42,832 nt of DNA from the NCBI GenBank assembly GCA_964534625.1, contig CAZHRF010000028.1, forward strand, positions 1 through 42,832, read 5' to 3'. Below are positions 1 to 9,152 of this stretch, one piece after another. The notes below the pieces were generated by a model. It ran no database searches. It was not told the DNA's origin and was given only the letters and a program-made list of their open reading frames with translations. A program made the position numbers and the translations under genes. Position 1 is the stretch's first letter. Each line of letters begins with the position of its first letter. This stretch comes from an uncultured archaeon. Its GTDB lineage: Archaea; Asgardarchaeota; Heimdallarchaeia; Heimdallarchaeales; Heimdallarchaeaceae.

Positions 1-141
1 ATTACCGAGTGGGAGGCGATGTCATAGGGGACTTTTACAATCAGTGTTTTTTTTTGCTTTTGTTGAATATTGCAAAAATATATCCAAAATAAGATACAAC
101 TTTATAAGTAAGTTTCAGAAAAAAAGAATAAAAAAAGTAGG

Positions 142-837
142 TCAATTGGAGAACCAACGCCAGAATTGCCACCATTTTTTATCAGACGTTTTTTTTGGTT
201 TTTCTGAAGTTACACGTCTGAGTTCTAATAGTTTGTCTGTACGGGCAATTTTGCTCAGATATTGCCAAAATCCTTCGGGTTCATCACCTTCTTCAACCGT
301 GTAAATTATAGGTAGTCTTTTTCTTTCTACTTCTAATAATCTACTGATGCGTCCTCCTTCATATTTTTCCTTTGCTTGACTATCTTTACCAATCCAAATA
401 TAGATCGTATCATGTGCATCTAAAACAAAGACATCCTCTGAAGAAAAAGATTCTTTCTCGATTTCAACTTCTTTTTGATGAATCTTTCCCGTATCATCAA
501 CCGTAAGACGTAATAATCTGTAATCTTTGATATTTTCTGGTTTATATTGTGTTAGAAAGCCCGGCGTATCTCCATCGACAACGGTATATTCTAATAGTTT
601 CTTAAATGATTCTGGCTCTTCTCCTTCATGGATTGTTTTTATATTCAACTTTCTATTTTTATCCTCAATTTGTTTGGCTGTCCATGCACCTACCGCCTTT
701 TCATCAGCGTAAGAATCCGATCCGATCCAGATCCAGACAGTATCTTTAGTTTCAATTACATAAACATCGCCATCTAGGAACCTATACGGCGTTTTAATCT
801 CTTTTAGTTCTTTTCTAATGACTTGATAGACTTTCAT
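142..837 (-). CDS. Two-domain gelsolin-family actin-regulating protein (Asgard type)
   Basis: Two gelsolin repeats (GDVYVIE..TVWIWIGSDS..DEK...EGEEPESF; SEDVFVLDAHDTIYIWIGKDS..KEK...EEGDEPEGFW) plus a basic/Trp-rich C-tail. Confidence 0.9.
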   Translation of the reverse strand: MKVYQVIRKELKEIKTPYRFLDGDVYVIETKDTVWIWIGSDSYADEKAVGAWTAKQIEDKNRKLNIKTIHEGEEPESFKKLLEYTVVDGDTPGFLTQYKPENIKDYRLLRLTVDDTGKIHQKEVEIEKESFSSEDVFVLDAHDTIYIWIGKDSQAKEKYEGGRISRLLEVERKRLPIIYTVEEGDEPEGFWQYLSKIARTDKLLELRRVTSEKPKKTSDKKWWQFWRWFSN

Positions 838-968
838 TCAATTACCAATTGCGTTAAATATTAAAAAGATTTTCCTAAAGAGTCTGTGTAAAGGGGTAGT
901 CTTCAGAGTTTTTATAATGAAGATAAAAATAAAAATAGAAAAGTTACTGATACATGAATAATAATACA

Positions 969-1730
969 TCAAAACTCTGATTGTATAGTTTCTATTATGA
1001 TATATTTTTCTTTTACTTCATCGTAACGAATAACTTCATCTAATAAATTGTTTAGTGTAGGCTGGACACGCACAGGAGGTAAATTTACTTTTTCCTTGAT
1101 TTCACTAATTGTTAATCCTTCCGGATATGCTGCAATTGTTGATACTATTTCTGCTTCTGGCACATCAAGTAAACCTGATTCCATTAGATATACAATAAGT
1201 TTGTTTTCATCTTTTGCTACATTTATTTTTTCTTTGTATTTGGTTACCTCATTTTCATCAGCAGAAATTTCTTCTTGAGCATTCTCTTCCAGCTTGTTCC
1301 ATTCATTCTTTTTTTGTGCAACAATATTTTTTAGCTCTTGTACTCTCTCTTCTAGTCTTATATTTTGTCCTTTATAGTCGGCGATAGTCTTAGTATATGT
1401 TTCAATTTCTTCTTGTATTGCTGTTAATCTTTCTAGTAAATTTTCTCGTTTTTCTTCTTCAGAAATTATTTCATTCTCCAACTGCTCTATCTGTTGTTTC
1501 CTGTTTTCTATTTCTGTTTCTTGATTTTTATTATCTGTCTTTATATTATGCAATGTTTTTTGGATATTTTCTCTGTGTTTGGGGATGCTTTGTGCATCGT
1601 TTTTTGTTTCTTCTATAGTTCTAGAAATATTTTCTACCTTAGCATCGAATCTTCTTTTAAGTTCCTCAATTTGCTCTTTTAAATGATTTAATGTACTGAT
1701 CATTCTCTCTTGACTCATTATTTTTTTCAC
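969..1730 (-). CDS. Long coiled-coil protein with C-terminal winged-helix-like domain
   Basis: ~180 aa E/K heptad-rich region followed by PEAEIVSTIAAYPEGLTISEIKEKVNLPPVRVQPTLNNLLDEVIRYDE (HTH plus wing). Confidence 0.7.
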   Translation of the reverse strand: MKKIMSQERMISTLNHLKEQIEELKRRFDAKVENISRTIEETKNDAQSIPKHRENIQKTLHNIKTDNKNQETEIENRKQQIEQLENEIISEEEKRENLLERLTAIQEEIETYTKTIADYKGQNIRLEERVQELKNIVAQKKNEWNKLEENAQEEISADENEVTKYKEKINVAKDENKLIVYLMESGLLDVPEAEIVSTIAAYPEGLTISEIKEKVNLPPVRVQPTLNNLLDEVIRYDEVKEKYIIIETIQSEF

Positions 1731-1732
1731 TC

Positions 1733-2485
1733 CTATAGGTCTAAATCCATTTTTACTTCTATTTTTTTGGAAAGAGGATCAAATGAAATTATCTCTCTTT
1801 CATCAAGATCTAATAAAACCCTGCGTACTAAGTCATGAGATACGCCTGCGGTTTTTACTATGTTTGTTTCTTCATCTAAACCTGGTCTGTTTAATGTTCT
1901 GATCACTTTTACCTCTGGTAATGAAACAATATCTTTTTTCAATAAGTACAACAATGCTTTTGCCTTTGACACAATTTGTATATATTCATTTTTATACTTC
2001 TCTAATTCTTCTTTCTTCTGTTTTTTGATATTTTCAGTGGTTTCTGTAGTCTCCCTAATTTTTTCATTAAGTTCATTTATCTCTTCTTCTTTATTATTTA
2101 TGACCTCCTTTTTTGTTCTAATTAGGGCTTCTAAATCACTTTTCTCAGCTTCAAGTTTAAGTTTCTCTTCTCTCTGCTTTGTTAAGTCAGTATTTTTTTG
2201 AATATTTTTAGTAGACAACAACTCTCGTTTCTTTGTAAGATTATTTATAACATTAGTCAATTCTTCTGATTCCTTGGCTAATTCATCTGATCTTTTTTCT
2301 GACTCAACTATTTCTTCGTTATTTTTTGAGATGTCTTCGAGTAAAGAAGTCAGTAAACCATCAAATTCTTGTACATACCCATCAAATGCTTCCTTTTGGG
2401 AAACTACCATCTGTAAGAGTTCTTCTATATCTGACTTTATCCTATCTGTATTATGTTTCGCAGACTCAATATCAAGTTTTGACAT
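1733..2485 (-). CDS. Long coiled-coil protein with C-terminal winged-helix-like domain (paralog of 969..1730)
   Basis: Coiled coil, then LLYLLKKDIVSLPEVKVIRTL...VSHDLVRRVLLDLDEREIISFD; 2 nt from the next gene; GAGGT SD-like motif upstream. Confidence 0.7.
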   Translation of the reverse strand: MSKLDIESAKHNTDRIKSDIEELLQMVVSQKEAFDGYVQEFDGLLTSLLEDISKNNEEIVESEKRSDELAKESEELTNVINNLTKKRELLSTKNIQKNTDLTKQREEKLKLEAEKSDLEALIRTKKEVINNKEEEINELNEKIRETTETTENIKKQKKEELEKYKNEYIQIVSKAKALLYLLKKDIVSLPEVKVIRTLNRPGLDEETNIVKTAGVSHDLVRRVLLDLDEREIISFDPLSKKIEVKMDLDL

Positions 2486-2508
2486 TTTTTTACCTCTAAA
2501 ATTTTTTG

Positions 2509-2545
2509 ATACTTTATTTATCTATTTTATACTTTATTTATCTAT
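2509..2545. repeat. Intergenic direct repeat, 17 nt x2, period 20
   Basis: atactttatttatctat at 2509-2525 and 2529-2545. Confidence 0.85.
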
Positions 2546-2719
2546 AAATAAATCTTTTCTGTCTGAAAACATATGATTTCTTTTTAATGTAGCGCAAAAA
2601 CAATAATCATGTTATTAAACCAGCAAGGAATAAAGATCAAGTTTATGTTTTTTACCTAATAGAACTGGTGTTTCAAGTATGTGAGAGATAGTTGAGGTAC
2701 GTAAATAGTTATATAATCA

Positions 2720-3655
2720 ATGGGTTTTAAGATAAATATGGAGGAGGAACATGCCATTCAATTTACTGATACAACCTTCATTGAGAAGGCTTTACGCAAT
2801 AAAGAGTTTGAATGGTTGATCGATGCTTTACCATTTGGTATTTCAATACAAACCAAAGATCGTATTGTTCTTTATGAGAATAAAGCAGTGAAAGAGCTAT
2901 TAGGAAATTTTAAGGGAAATTATTGCTATAGGCGGTGGAAATATCTTCCTGATGGAGGAAAAGAGCCTTGTAAAGATTGTCCGGTTTTTTTAGCTTTTGA
3001 AGACAAGACTCAACATAGCATTTTCAGAAAAACAGAGGATAGAAACGGTGATCCTTTGTTTCTAGAAGTGAGTATGGTTCCTATTTTAAATAAAGCGAAT
3101 GAACTTGAGTATTATATAGAAATTATTAAAACTGTAGATCTAAAGGATAAGAAAACAATTTTGGCTACGGAAAGAATAAACGATATTGTTAACAAACTGA
3201 AATTTTCTCTAGTCAAATTTGGTGAATCAGGGGCTGATGTAATTTATAAAGATAAATTGAATATAGAGGGTGTTAAAGATGAAGAATTATTTGTTATAAA
3301 ATTAACAGTGTATGTTTTTTCAGCTTTTGTACAAGGTAACAGAAATTCAGCTGGTTTTTATGGCCCTTTACCCGTGATGGATAAAGAAAAATATTTGATG
3401 TTCGGTTATTCATTCATTATTAGAGACAAGAAAGCTAAGGATCCACGAAAAAAAGGATATGAGCAAAGTATTTTGTTCTTTATTCTTCCCCGAAAGTATT
3501 ATTTCATTCTGAGCAACAGACGTCTATTTGAAGCCTTTATTTCACAAAATCTGTCTTCGTTCACCTTACTGGATCAAATAACGCTAGACGTTTATGAAAC
3601 TTTAAAAGAAGACATTAGGCAATATATAGTTAAAAATCTAGATGTACTAATGTAG
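2720..3655 (+). CDS. PAS-domain protein with C-terminal longin/uDENN-like domain
   Basis: PAS start LIDALPFGISIQTKDRIVLYENKA with Cys motif CY...PCKDCPV; C-terminal FSLVKFGESGA...FYGPLPV...YSFIIRDKKAKDPR. Confidence 0.65.
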   Translation: MGFKINMEEEHAIQFTDTTFIEKALRNKEFEWLIDALPFGISIQTKDRIVLYENKAVKELLGNFKGNYCYRRWKYLPDGGKEPCKDCPVFLAFEDKTQHSIFRKTEDRNGDPLFLEVSMVPILNKANELEYYIEIIKTVDLKDKKTILATERINDIVNKLKFSLVKFGESGADVIYKDKLNIEGVKDEELFVIKLTVYVFSAFVQGNRNSAGFYGPLPVMDKEKYLMFGYSFIIRDKKAKDPRKKGYEQSILFFILPRKYYFILSNRRLFEAFISQNLSSFTLLDQITLDVYETLKEDIRQYIVKNLDVLM

Positions 3656-3676
3656 ATATTCTCTCTTGTTTATCAT

Positions 3677-4126
3677 TTATTGTTCTTGTTTGGAAATCTT
3701 GCGTTTTTCGTGTTTGTCATGCAGATGTTGAAAAAAGGCATTATTTAATCCTTCTACGCATGTTATATCGAACTTTTGCATTTTTCTCCAATATCTAGAA
3801 GAAAACTGGTATCCATAACGTCCGAACTCTTGCTTAAGGGCTTTATGAATTCTTTTCCCCTCAGGATCTGCATCAAGCAGAGAAATAATTTTAGTTGTTT
3901 TTTTGGTTTTGTTTATAATGTTTTCTACAAACTGGAATATTGGCGGATTATAGCAGTATATTGGCTGTTTTATGTCCCAATACTTCAATGCTTTTTTATC
4001 TTTAGTGCCTTCAACAATTATTAAACCATCCATTTCTTTTTGCAATTTCTTTATAAATTCAAAAAAATCTTCTTCGCAAAAGCTACGTTCACGATGCGTT
4101 TTATACATTTTCTCTTGAATCATCAA
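3677..4126 (-). CDS. Small stand-alone Toprim-domain protein
   Basis: IIVEGTKDKKAL and LLDADPEG Toprim motifs. Confidence 0.85.
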   Translation of the reverse strand: MMIQEKMYKTHRERSFCEEDFFEFIKKLQKEMDGLIIVEGTKDKKALKYWDIKQPIYCYNPPIFQFVENIINKTKKTTKIISLLDADPEGKRIHKALKQEFGRYGYQFSSRYWRKMQKFDITCVEGLNNAFFQHLHDKHEKRKISKQEQ

Positions 4127-4249
4127 TCAATACAAAGTATAAAACAATAGTGAATGAGTCACTTTCAGCAGAAATCACAAAACCAAGGTAAACATGAAAA
4201 AGAAGAATCTAAATCAAAACAAACTAAAAAAAAAGAAAAAACAATGTAT

Positions 4250-5479
4250 TTATTCTTTAAAAGCATCAGGGCTGTCTTCTCCACCTTCAACATTATGGCA
4301 ATAAACCACATGAGTTTTTGAATACCATTTAGCTGGTGGTTGTTCATTTCTACAGATATCACTAACTAAAGGACATCTTGTCTGGAAACGGCAACCTGGT
4401 GGTGGGTTGATGGGTGTTGGTATATCTCCTTGTAAGAAGATTTTCTTTGACCTTTTGGACGGATCTGCTATAGGAACTGCAGATACTAGAGCTTTAGTGT
4501 AAGGATGTCTCATGTCTTCAAAAATGTCATCGCTTAAACCTGCTTCCATAATCTTTCCTAGATACATGACATAAACTTCATCGCATAATATTTTTACCAA
4601 CGCTAGGTCATGTGCTATGAACAGATAAGTCAGTCCCATTTTTCTCTGTAACTCTAGGATTAACTGAATTATTGCTGCTCTTACTGACACATCTAAGTTT
4701 GATACTGGTTCATCCATAATAATAAAATCAGGTTCTAAAGCTAATGCTCTTGCAATCCCTACTCTCTGTCTTTGTCCTCCACTAAATTCGTGTGGATATC
4801 TATATGCATGGTGTGGTGCCAATCCTACGTCTTTTAGTAATCTCAATACTCTATAACTTGCTTCATCACCTGATGCAACTCCATGTATATTAAATGGTTC
4901 TGCAATAATATCATGAGCTGTTGCTCTAGGATTCAAAGAAGCATATGGATCTTGGAAGACTATTTGTAGATGTCTTCGCATTTCTTTCATTTCTTCTGAT
5001 GTAAGACGATTGATATCAATTCCTCTGAAATATACACCGCCACCTGTTGGTTCAAGAAGACGAAGAATAGAACGTGCGGCTGTACTTTTTCCACATCCGC
5101 TCTCACCTACTAATCCTATTATTCTTTGTTTTTTTATCTGCATGCTTATTCCATCGACTGCTTTCAGATTGGCGAATTTTGGTCTTTTATTGAATGGAGG
5201 AACATACGGTAATGCGAAATATGATACAATAACTAATCCCATTATTATTAATCCTATTTGGGTCTCAAAAGCGAACACTACAAGCGAAATAACAAAAGCT
5301 AATAAGAACCAAGTTGTCTCTAATGGTATAGGAATCTTAAAATATTTTTTTAGGTTATCGATTTCGATAACTACGTCTTCATCCATTTCTTTTGTCCTTA
5401 TTCGCCCTAAAGCACTACCATCTGATTGTTTCTGTTTTATTCTCTCAACGATTGACGGAGTTGATGATCTATTTGACAT
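4250..5479 (-). CDS. oppF: Oligopeptide/dipeptide ABC transporter ATPase (OppF/AppF) with inserted hydrophobic hairpin
   Basis: GESGCGKST, YPHEFSGGQRQR, MDEP, HPYT and the C-terminal PGCRFQTRC...VYCH motif. Confidence 0.9.
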   Translation of the reverse strand: MSNRSSTPSIVERIKQKQSDGSALGRIRTKEMDEDVVIEIDNLKKYFKIPIPLETTWFLLAFVISLVVFAFETQIGLIIMGLVIVSYFALPYVPPFNKRPKFANLKAVDGISMQIKKQRIIGLVGESGCGKSTAARSILRLLEPTGGGVYFRGIDINRLTSEEMKEMRRHLQIVFQDPYASLNPRATAHDIIAEPFNIHGVASGDEASYRVLRLLKDVGLAPHHAYRYPHEFSGGQRQRVGIARALALEPDFIIMDEPVSNLDVSVRAAIIQLILELQRKMGLTYLFIAHDLALVKILCDEVYVMYLGKIMEAGLSDDIFEDMRHPYTKALVSAVPIADPSKRSKKIFLQGDIPTPINPPPGCRFQTRCPLVSDICRNEQPPAKWYSKTHVVYCHNVEGGEDSPDAFKE

Positions 5480-5494
5480 AATTTTTTCACCTTT

Positions 5495-6571
5495 TTAACT
5501 AGCTGTTGATTTTTGTTGTAATATAGGGTGCTCCAATGCTTCATAACCTACTGTACGGCCTGCTTTGTTAAGCGCTTTTTGACCAATTTCAGTGTACAAA
5601 TGACATCTAACATTATGGCCTGGTTCAAGCACTACTGTTTCTGGAACAGTTCTCTCACACACTCCTTGTATCCAATAATCACATCGAGGATGAAAACGAC
5701 ATCCGGATGGTGGATTAATTAGATTTGGAATGGAACCTCTAATAATGGTTAATGAATCACGTTCAGCGTCAGGTCGAGGGATAGCTCCTAATAGACCTTT
5801 TGTATAGGGATGGCACGGGGTTTGGAATATAGTCATTATATCTCCAACTTCTGCGATATATCCCGCATACATAACAGCTACACGGTCACACATTTCGGCT
5901 ATTACGCCCATATCGTGTGTAATAAGAATAATGCTCATATCGAATTCTTCACTAGTAGCTTTTAAAAGTTCAAGAATTTGAGCTTGAATTGTTACATCGA
6001 GAGCTGTAGTGGGTTCATCAGCAATTAAAAGTTCGGGATTGCAGCTTAAAGACATAGCAATCATAACCCTTTGTCGCATACCTCCACTGAATTCAAACGG
6101 ATAGTTATCTACCCGTTCATCGGCACTAGGGATGCCGACGAGTGACATGATTTTAATTGCTTTATCCCGGGCTTCTTTTTTGGATACTTGTTGATGAAGC
6201 ATAATTGCCTCACCTATCTGATCTCCTACAGTAAATACGGGGTTAAGACTTGTCATAGGATCTTGGAACACTTGTGCAATCTGATTACCTCTGACTCTTC
6301 TCATTTCTGCTGGGCTTAATTTGCGTAAATCTTGGCCTCTAAAAATTATCTCTCCTTCTAAAATTTTACCCGGAGGATCGGGAACTATACCCATAATAGA
6401 TAAAGCCGTTACGCTTTTACCAGAACCAGACTCGCCTACAAGCCCCATAACTTCGCTTTTATAAAGAACGAAATCGATACTTTCAATTGCCTTAACAACA
6501 CCCTCTTCTGTGAAGAAGTACGTCTTAAGGCCTTTGACTTCTAATAATATGTCTTCTGGCGGACGACTCAT
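5495..6571 (-). CDS. oppD: Oligopeptide/dipeptide ABC transporter ATPase OppD
   Basis: GESGSGKS, FQDPMTSLNP, FSGGMRQR, DEPTTALDVTIQAQ, HPYT, GCRFHPRC; AAGGAG SD upstream. Confidence 0.95.
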   Translation of the reverse strand: MSRPPEDILLEVKGLKTYFFTEEGVVKAIESIDFVLYKSEVMGLVGESGSGKSVTALSIMGIVPDPPGKILEGEIIFRGQDLRKLSPAEMRRVRGNQIAQVFQDPMTSLNPVFTVGDQIGEAIMLHQQVSKKEARDKAIKIMSLVGIPSADERVDNYPFEFSGGMRQRVMIAMSLSCNPELLIADEPTTALDVTIQAQILELLKATSEEFDMSIILITHDMGVIAEMCDRVAVMYAGYIAEVGDIMTIFQTPCHPYTKGLLGAIPRPDAERDSLTIIRGSIPNLINPPSGCRFHPRCDYWIQGVCERTVPETVVLEPGHNVRCHLYTEIGQKALNKAGRTVGYEALEHPILQQKSTAS

Positions 6572-6934
6572 AATAAATCTCCTTTTTTAAATTAGCTTAA
6601 TATAACTAGTTTTAACTATGTAATGCAACTAGTTTGTATTTTACTCTGATTGAATGCTCCGATAAACATTTAAAAATGTTGTTGTATCATTTTTTTCATA
6701 CTCTTCCTTTTCTTAATCTTAAGCGAAGCGTTTATCCCTCTAGTTTTTTACTCTAATATTAATGCTTATTTTATACTAAACTAGGTTATATTTTCCATCT
6801 CTTCCCTCTTTTTGAGTTTTTGCTGCTTTTATATTATTTGTCGGAACTTAACCGCTTATTTTTACTATCTTTAAATAGTAATATCTATCAAATAAAAAAT
6901 ATGTCATGTCTTGTACCTAGGAGCGGAGGTTATC

Positions 6935-7876
6935 TTGCAATATATTCCTAAGCATTATATTCTGACGAATCCTGCATTTATGGAAGAACCATTCATTAAT
7001 TGGACTTATACTGAGAGTATTTTGATTACCGCTTATGATCTTCTAAAAAATGAATCCTTGCTTTACTACCTAGATTCTAATTCTTTAACATTGCGAGAAA
7101 TGATGATTGAGCATGGCTTTCCACAAAAAACTAAAATTTTCGCTGATTCTGGTATTTTCTCGTTAGAATGGTTTAAGAAGATAAAAGGACGTACTTTCAA
7201 TAAGGATTTTTCGGCAGTTCAACTTAAACCCAAAGAGGTTCTATATGCATATGAGTTAATAGATCCTGATTATCTGTGCCCTCTTGATGAAATAATATTA
7301 CCCTCTGATAAGGAAGCGGTAATAAAACAGAAAAAATTAAAAATTAAAAATAATATACTTCTTGCATTAGAATGTTTTTCTAGTTCAAAGCTAATAGGAG
7401 TTTTACAAGGAATAAAATCTGATGATATCGCAGAACTTTTTGATTTTGAAAAAGATCAAGGTATCAGAAATTTTGCTAGAGGGGGCATAATTCCCTTATA
7501 TTATCATAAAGAGTACTGTGATTCTATTCGTTCTACACGCCTAATAACCAAACATTATTCCCTTCATGCATTTGGGCTAACAAACTTGAATCAAGTAGGC
7601 TGTTATGGGAAGTGTGCTGGAATGGATTCATTTGATACAACATTAATAAGATCTCTTACATCTCAGATGTTTTTTTTAACTAAAAAACTACAAAAGAAGC
7701 GCTTCCATGTTGATCTTCTCTCAGATTGTAAATGTCCCTATTGTATTGAAGCTAGAGAATACAACTATGAATATATGGATTATCCGCCCAGTCGCCTAAT
7801 CAAGAATCTTTATTTGCATAATATTTTAACATTAGCTAATTATTCAAATAATGTGGTCTCTGTACTTGAAATATAA
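6935..7876 (+). CDS. Divergent tRNA-guanine transglycosylase (TGT)-superfamily protein
   Basis: IFADSGIFS, PLDEI, GVLQG, ARGG, LHAFG, DSFDT and Zn site CKCPYC...LHN; probable TTG start at 6935 after GGAGGT SD (ORF track starts at 6911). Confidence 0.85.
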   Translation: MQYIPKHYILTNPAFMEEPFINWTYTESILITAYDLLKNESLLYYLDSNSLTLREMMIEHGFPQKTKIFADSGIFSLEWFKKIKGRTFNKDFSAVQLKPKEVLYAYELIDPDYLCPLDEIILPSDKEAVIKQKKLKIKNNILLALECFSSSKLIGVLQGIKSDDIAELFDFEKDQGIRNFARGGIIPLYYHKEYCDSIRSTRLITKHYSLHAFGLTNLNQVGCYGKCAGMDSFDTTLIRSLTSQMFFLTKKLQKKRFHVDLLSDCKCPYCIEAREYNYEYMDYPPSRLIKNLYLHNILTLANYSNNVVSVLEI

Positions 7877-7882
7877 ATTGTC

Positions 7883-9145
7883 CTATTCTAAAAGGAAATC
7901 TGACAAAAGTTTTTGATTGGCGTGCTGTTGAATTTTTTTCTCTTTAAGCTCTCCAGGCAATTTGTATTGCGGGTCATCAAGAATTTTTTGTAGAATCTTA
8001 TAAAAGACATATGTATTATGGAATCCTCTTCTTCTGTTTCTGTTATTTCCTCTGAAAACTATTACTTCCATACCTACTTCTTTGCATATTGGACAGGGGC
8101 ATTTTTCCCACGGACGATCTCTTAGCGTCTTTAGATACTTATTGGTTACATCCCTCCGTTGAATAAATCGCTGGTTTAAATGTTTAAAAGCCTCTATTAT
8201 TTCTTCTGGTGTCCTATTTTTTTTAAACTCAAACTTTCTTAGTAATACTTGTATTGCTCTTTCATATTCTTTTAATTCTTCAAAAGTTGTTTCTCCATCT
8301 TTTACTTTATTTTTGTATTTTTTACTTCGTGTTAGAAAGGGTAATCGTAATGCTGTGTAACCTTCCCAATTGTTCCCCCTGTAGTTTTTATTAGCTCCTA
8401 ACCAAGCGGATCTTAGTGGGGATGCACTATCAAAACTTGTGACACCTAGCTCTCTAAATGCACGTATTGCTTCAAGTCTTGCTACCCCAAATAAGTGCAC
8501 ATTGATTTTATTTGGTATAACTAAATCTTTAATGGATTGAAGGATACGAATAATTGATTCTGTTTTCTCTCTCGCTATTCCACCGATGGCAATATAATCA
8601 TATCCTATGTCTATTAATCGTTCAACAGAATCTCGGTAAGATTTGATGTCCCAACCTTGAGCTGACCCAACAGGTATAAAGTCATATTGATTATTCCCTG
8701 TTTTAATGTAAAACTCTTCCGCGTTTTTTATAGAAATATTTTTTCTGTATTCCCATTCGCTTTTATATTTTGGCACACAAAGATGATCTATTGATACTCC
8801 TATATCGAATCCTAGTTTATCATAATATCCAATTATTTCATCCGTATTGAAAGGGGGTTTTTTTTCATCAATATACCCCCAAGCTCCACAGTCACCAAAG
8901 ATTGGCCCATCAAATTTAAAATATTCATGGACACCCTTTTTTTGTATAGCTTCGTATTTACTTATAGTACTCTGTATTTTCATTCTTGATATTAAAAGAC
9001 CGTCATAGTTAGGACTATCATAGATCTCATGAGAATATATCTTTTTTGAATTCTGAAAAGGTTCATCATCCCAGAAATTATACTCTGAATCAACAAGATC
9101 ATCCCATTCAGGAATAAAGTATTGCATTGTTTCTCTTTTACCCAT
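7883..9145 (-). CDS. dpdA: 7-deazaguanine DNA insertion enzyme DpdA (TGT-like DNA transglycosylase)
   Basis: DpdA hallmarks YFIPEWDDLVD, YSHEIY..PNYDGLLISR, GDCGAWGY, GVSIDH, AQGW, HLFGV, SFDSAS, CPCPIC..GMEVIVFRG.NRN.RRGFHN; likely ATG at 9145 or 9127. Confidence 0.9.
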   Translation of the reverse strand: MGKRETMQYFIPEWDDLVDSEYNFWDDEPFQNSKKIYSHEIYDSPNYDGLLISRMKIQSTISKYEAIQKKGVHEYFKFDGPIFGDCGAWGYIDEKKPPFNTDEIIGYYDKLGFDIGVSIDHLCVPKYKSEWEYRKNISIKNAEEFYIKTGNNQYDFIPVGSAQGWDIKSYRDSVERLIDIGYDYIAIGGIAREKTESIIRILQSIKDLVIPNKINVHLFGVARLEAIRAFRELGVTSFDSASPLRSAWLGANKNYRGNNWEGYTALRLPFLTRSKKYKNKVKDGETTFEELKEYERAIQVLLRKFEFKKNRTPEEIIEAFKHLNQRFIQRRDVTNKYLKTLRDRPWEKCPCPICKEVGMEVIVFRGNNRNRRRGFHNTYVFYKILQKILDDPQYKLPGELKEKKIQQHANQKLLSDFLLE

Positions 9146-9152
9146 CTTTTTT

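Noticed and set aside
1-56. Relatively GC-rich stretch followed by a T10 run (possible 3' end of an RNA gene or CDS plus terminator)
   Set aside because: Truncated by the window edge; no recognisable tRNA, 5S, SRP or riboswitch motif
969-2485. Calling these SMC, CdvB/ESCRT-III or tropomyosin
   Set aside because: No Walker motifs or diagnostic signatures; generic coiled-coil similarity is not enough
6572-6910. att sites or terminal repeats for the island
   Set aside because: Only a short local aactagttt duplication was seen; no match to the 11190-11267 flank found by eye
6935-7876. Calling this the housekeeping archaeosine TGT (tgtA) or ArcS
   Set aside because: Too short; lacks the typical N-terminal TP motif and C-terminal C2/PUA domains; lies in the dpdA block
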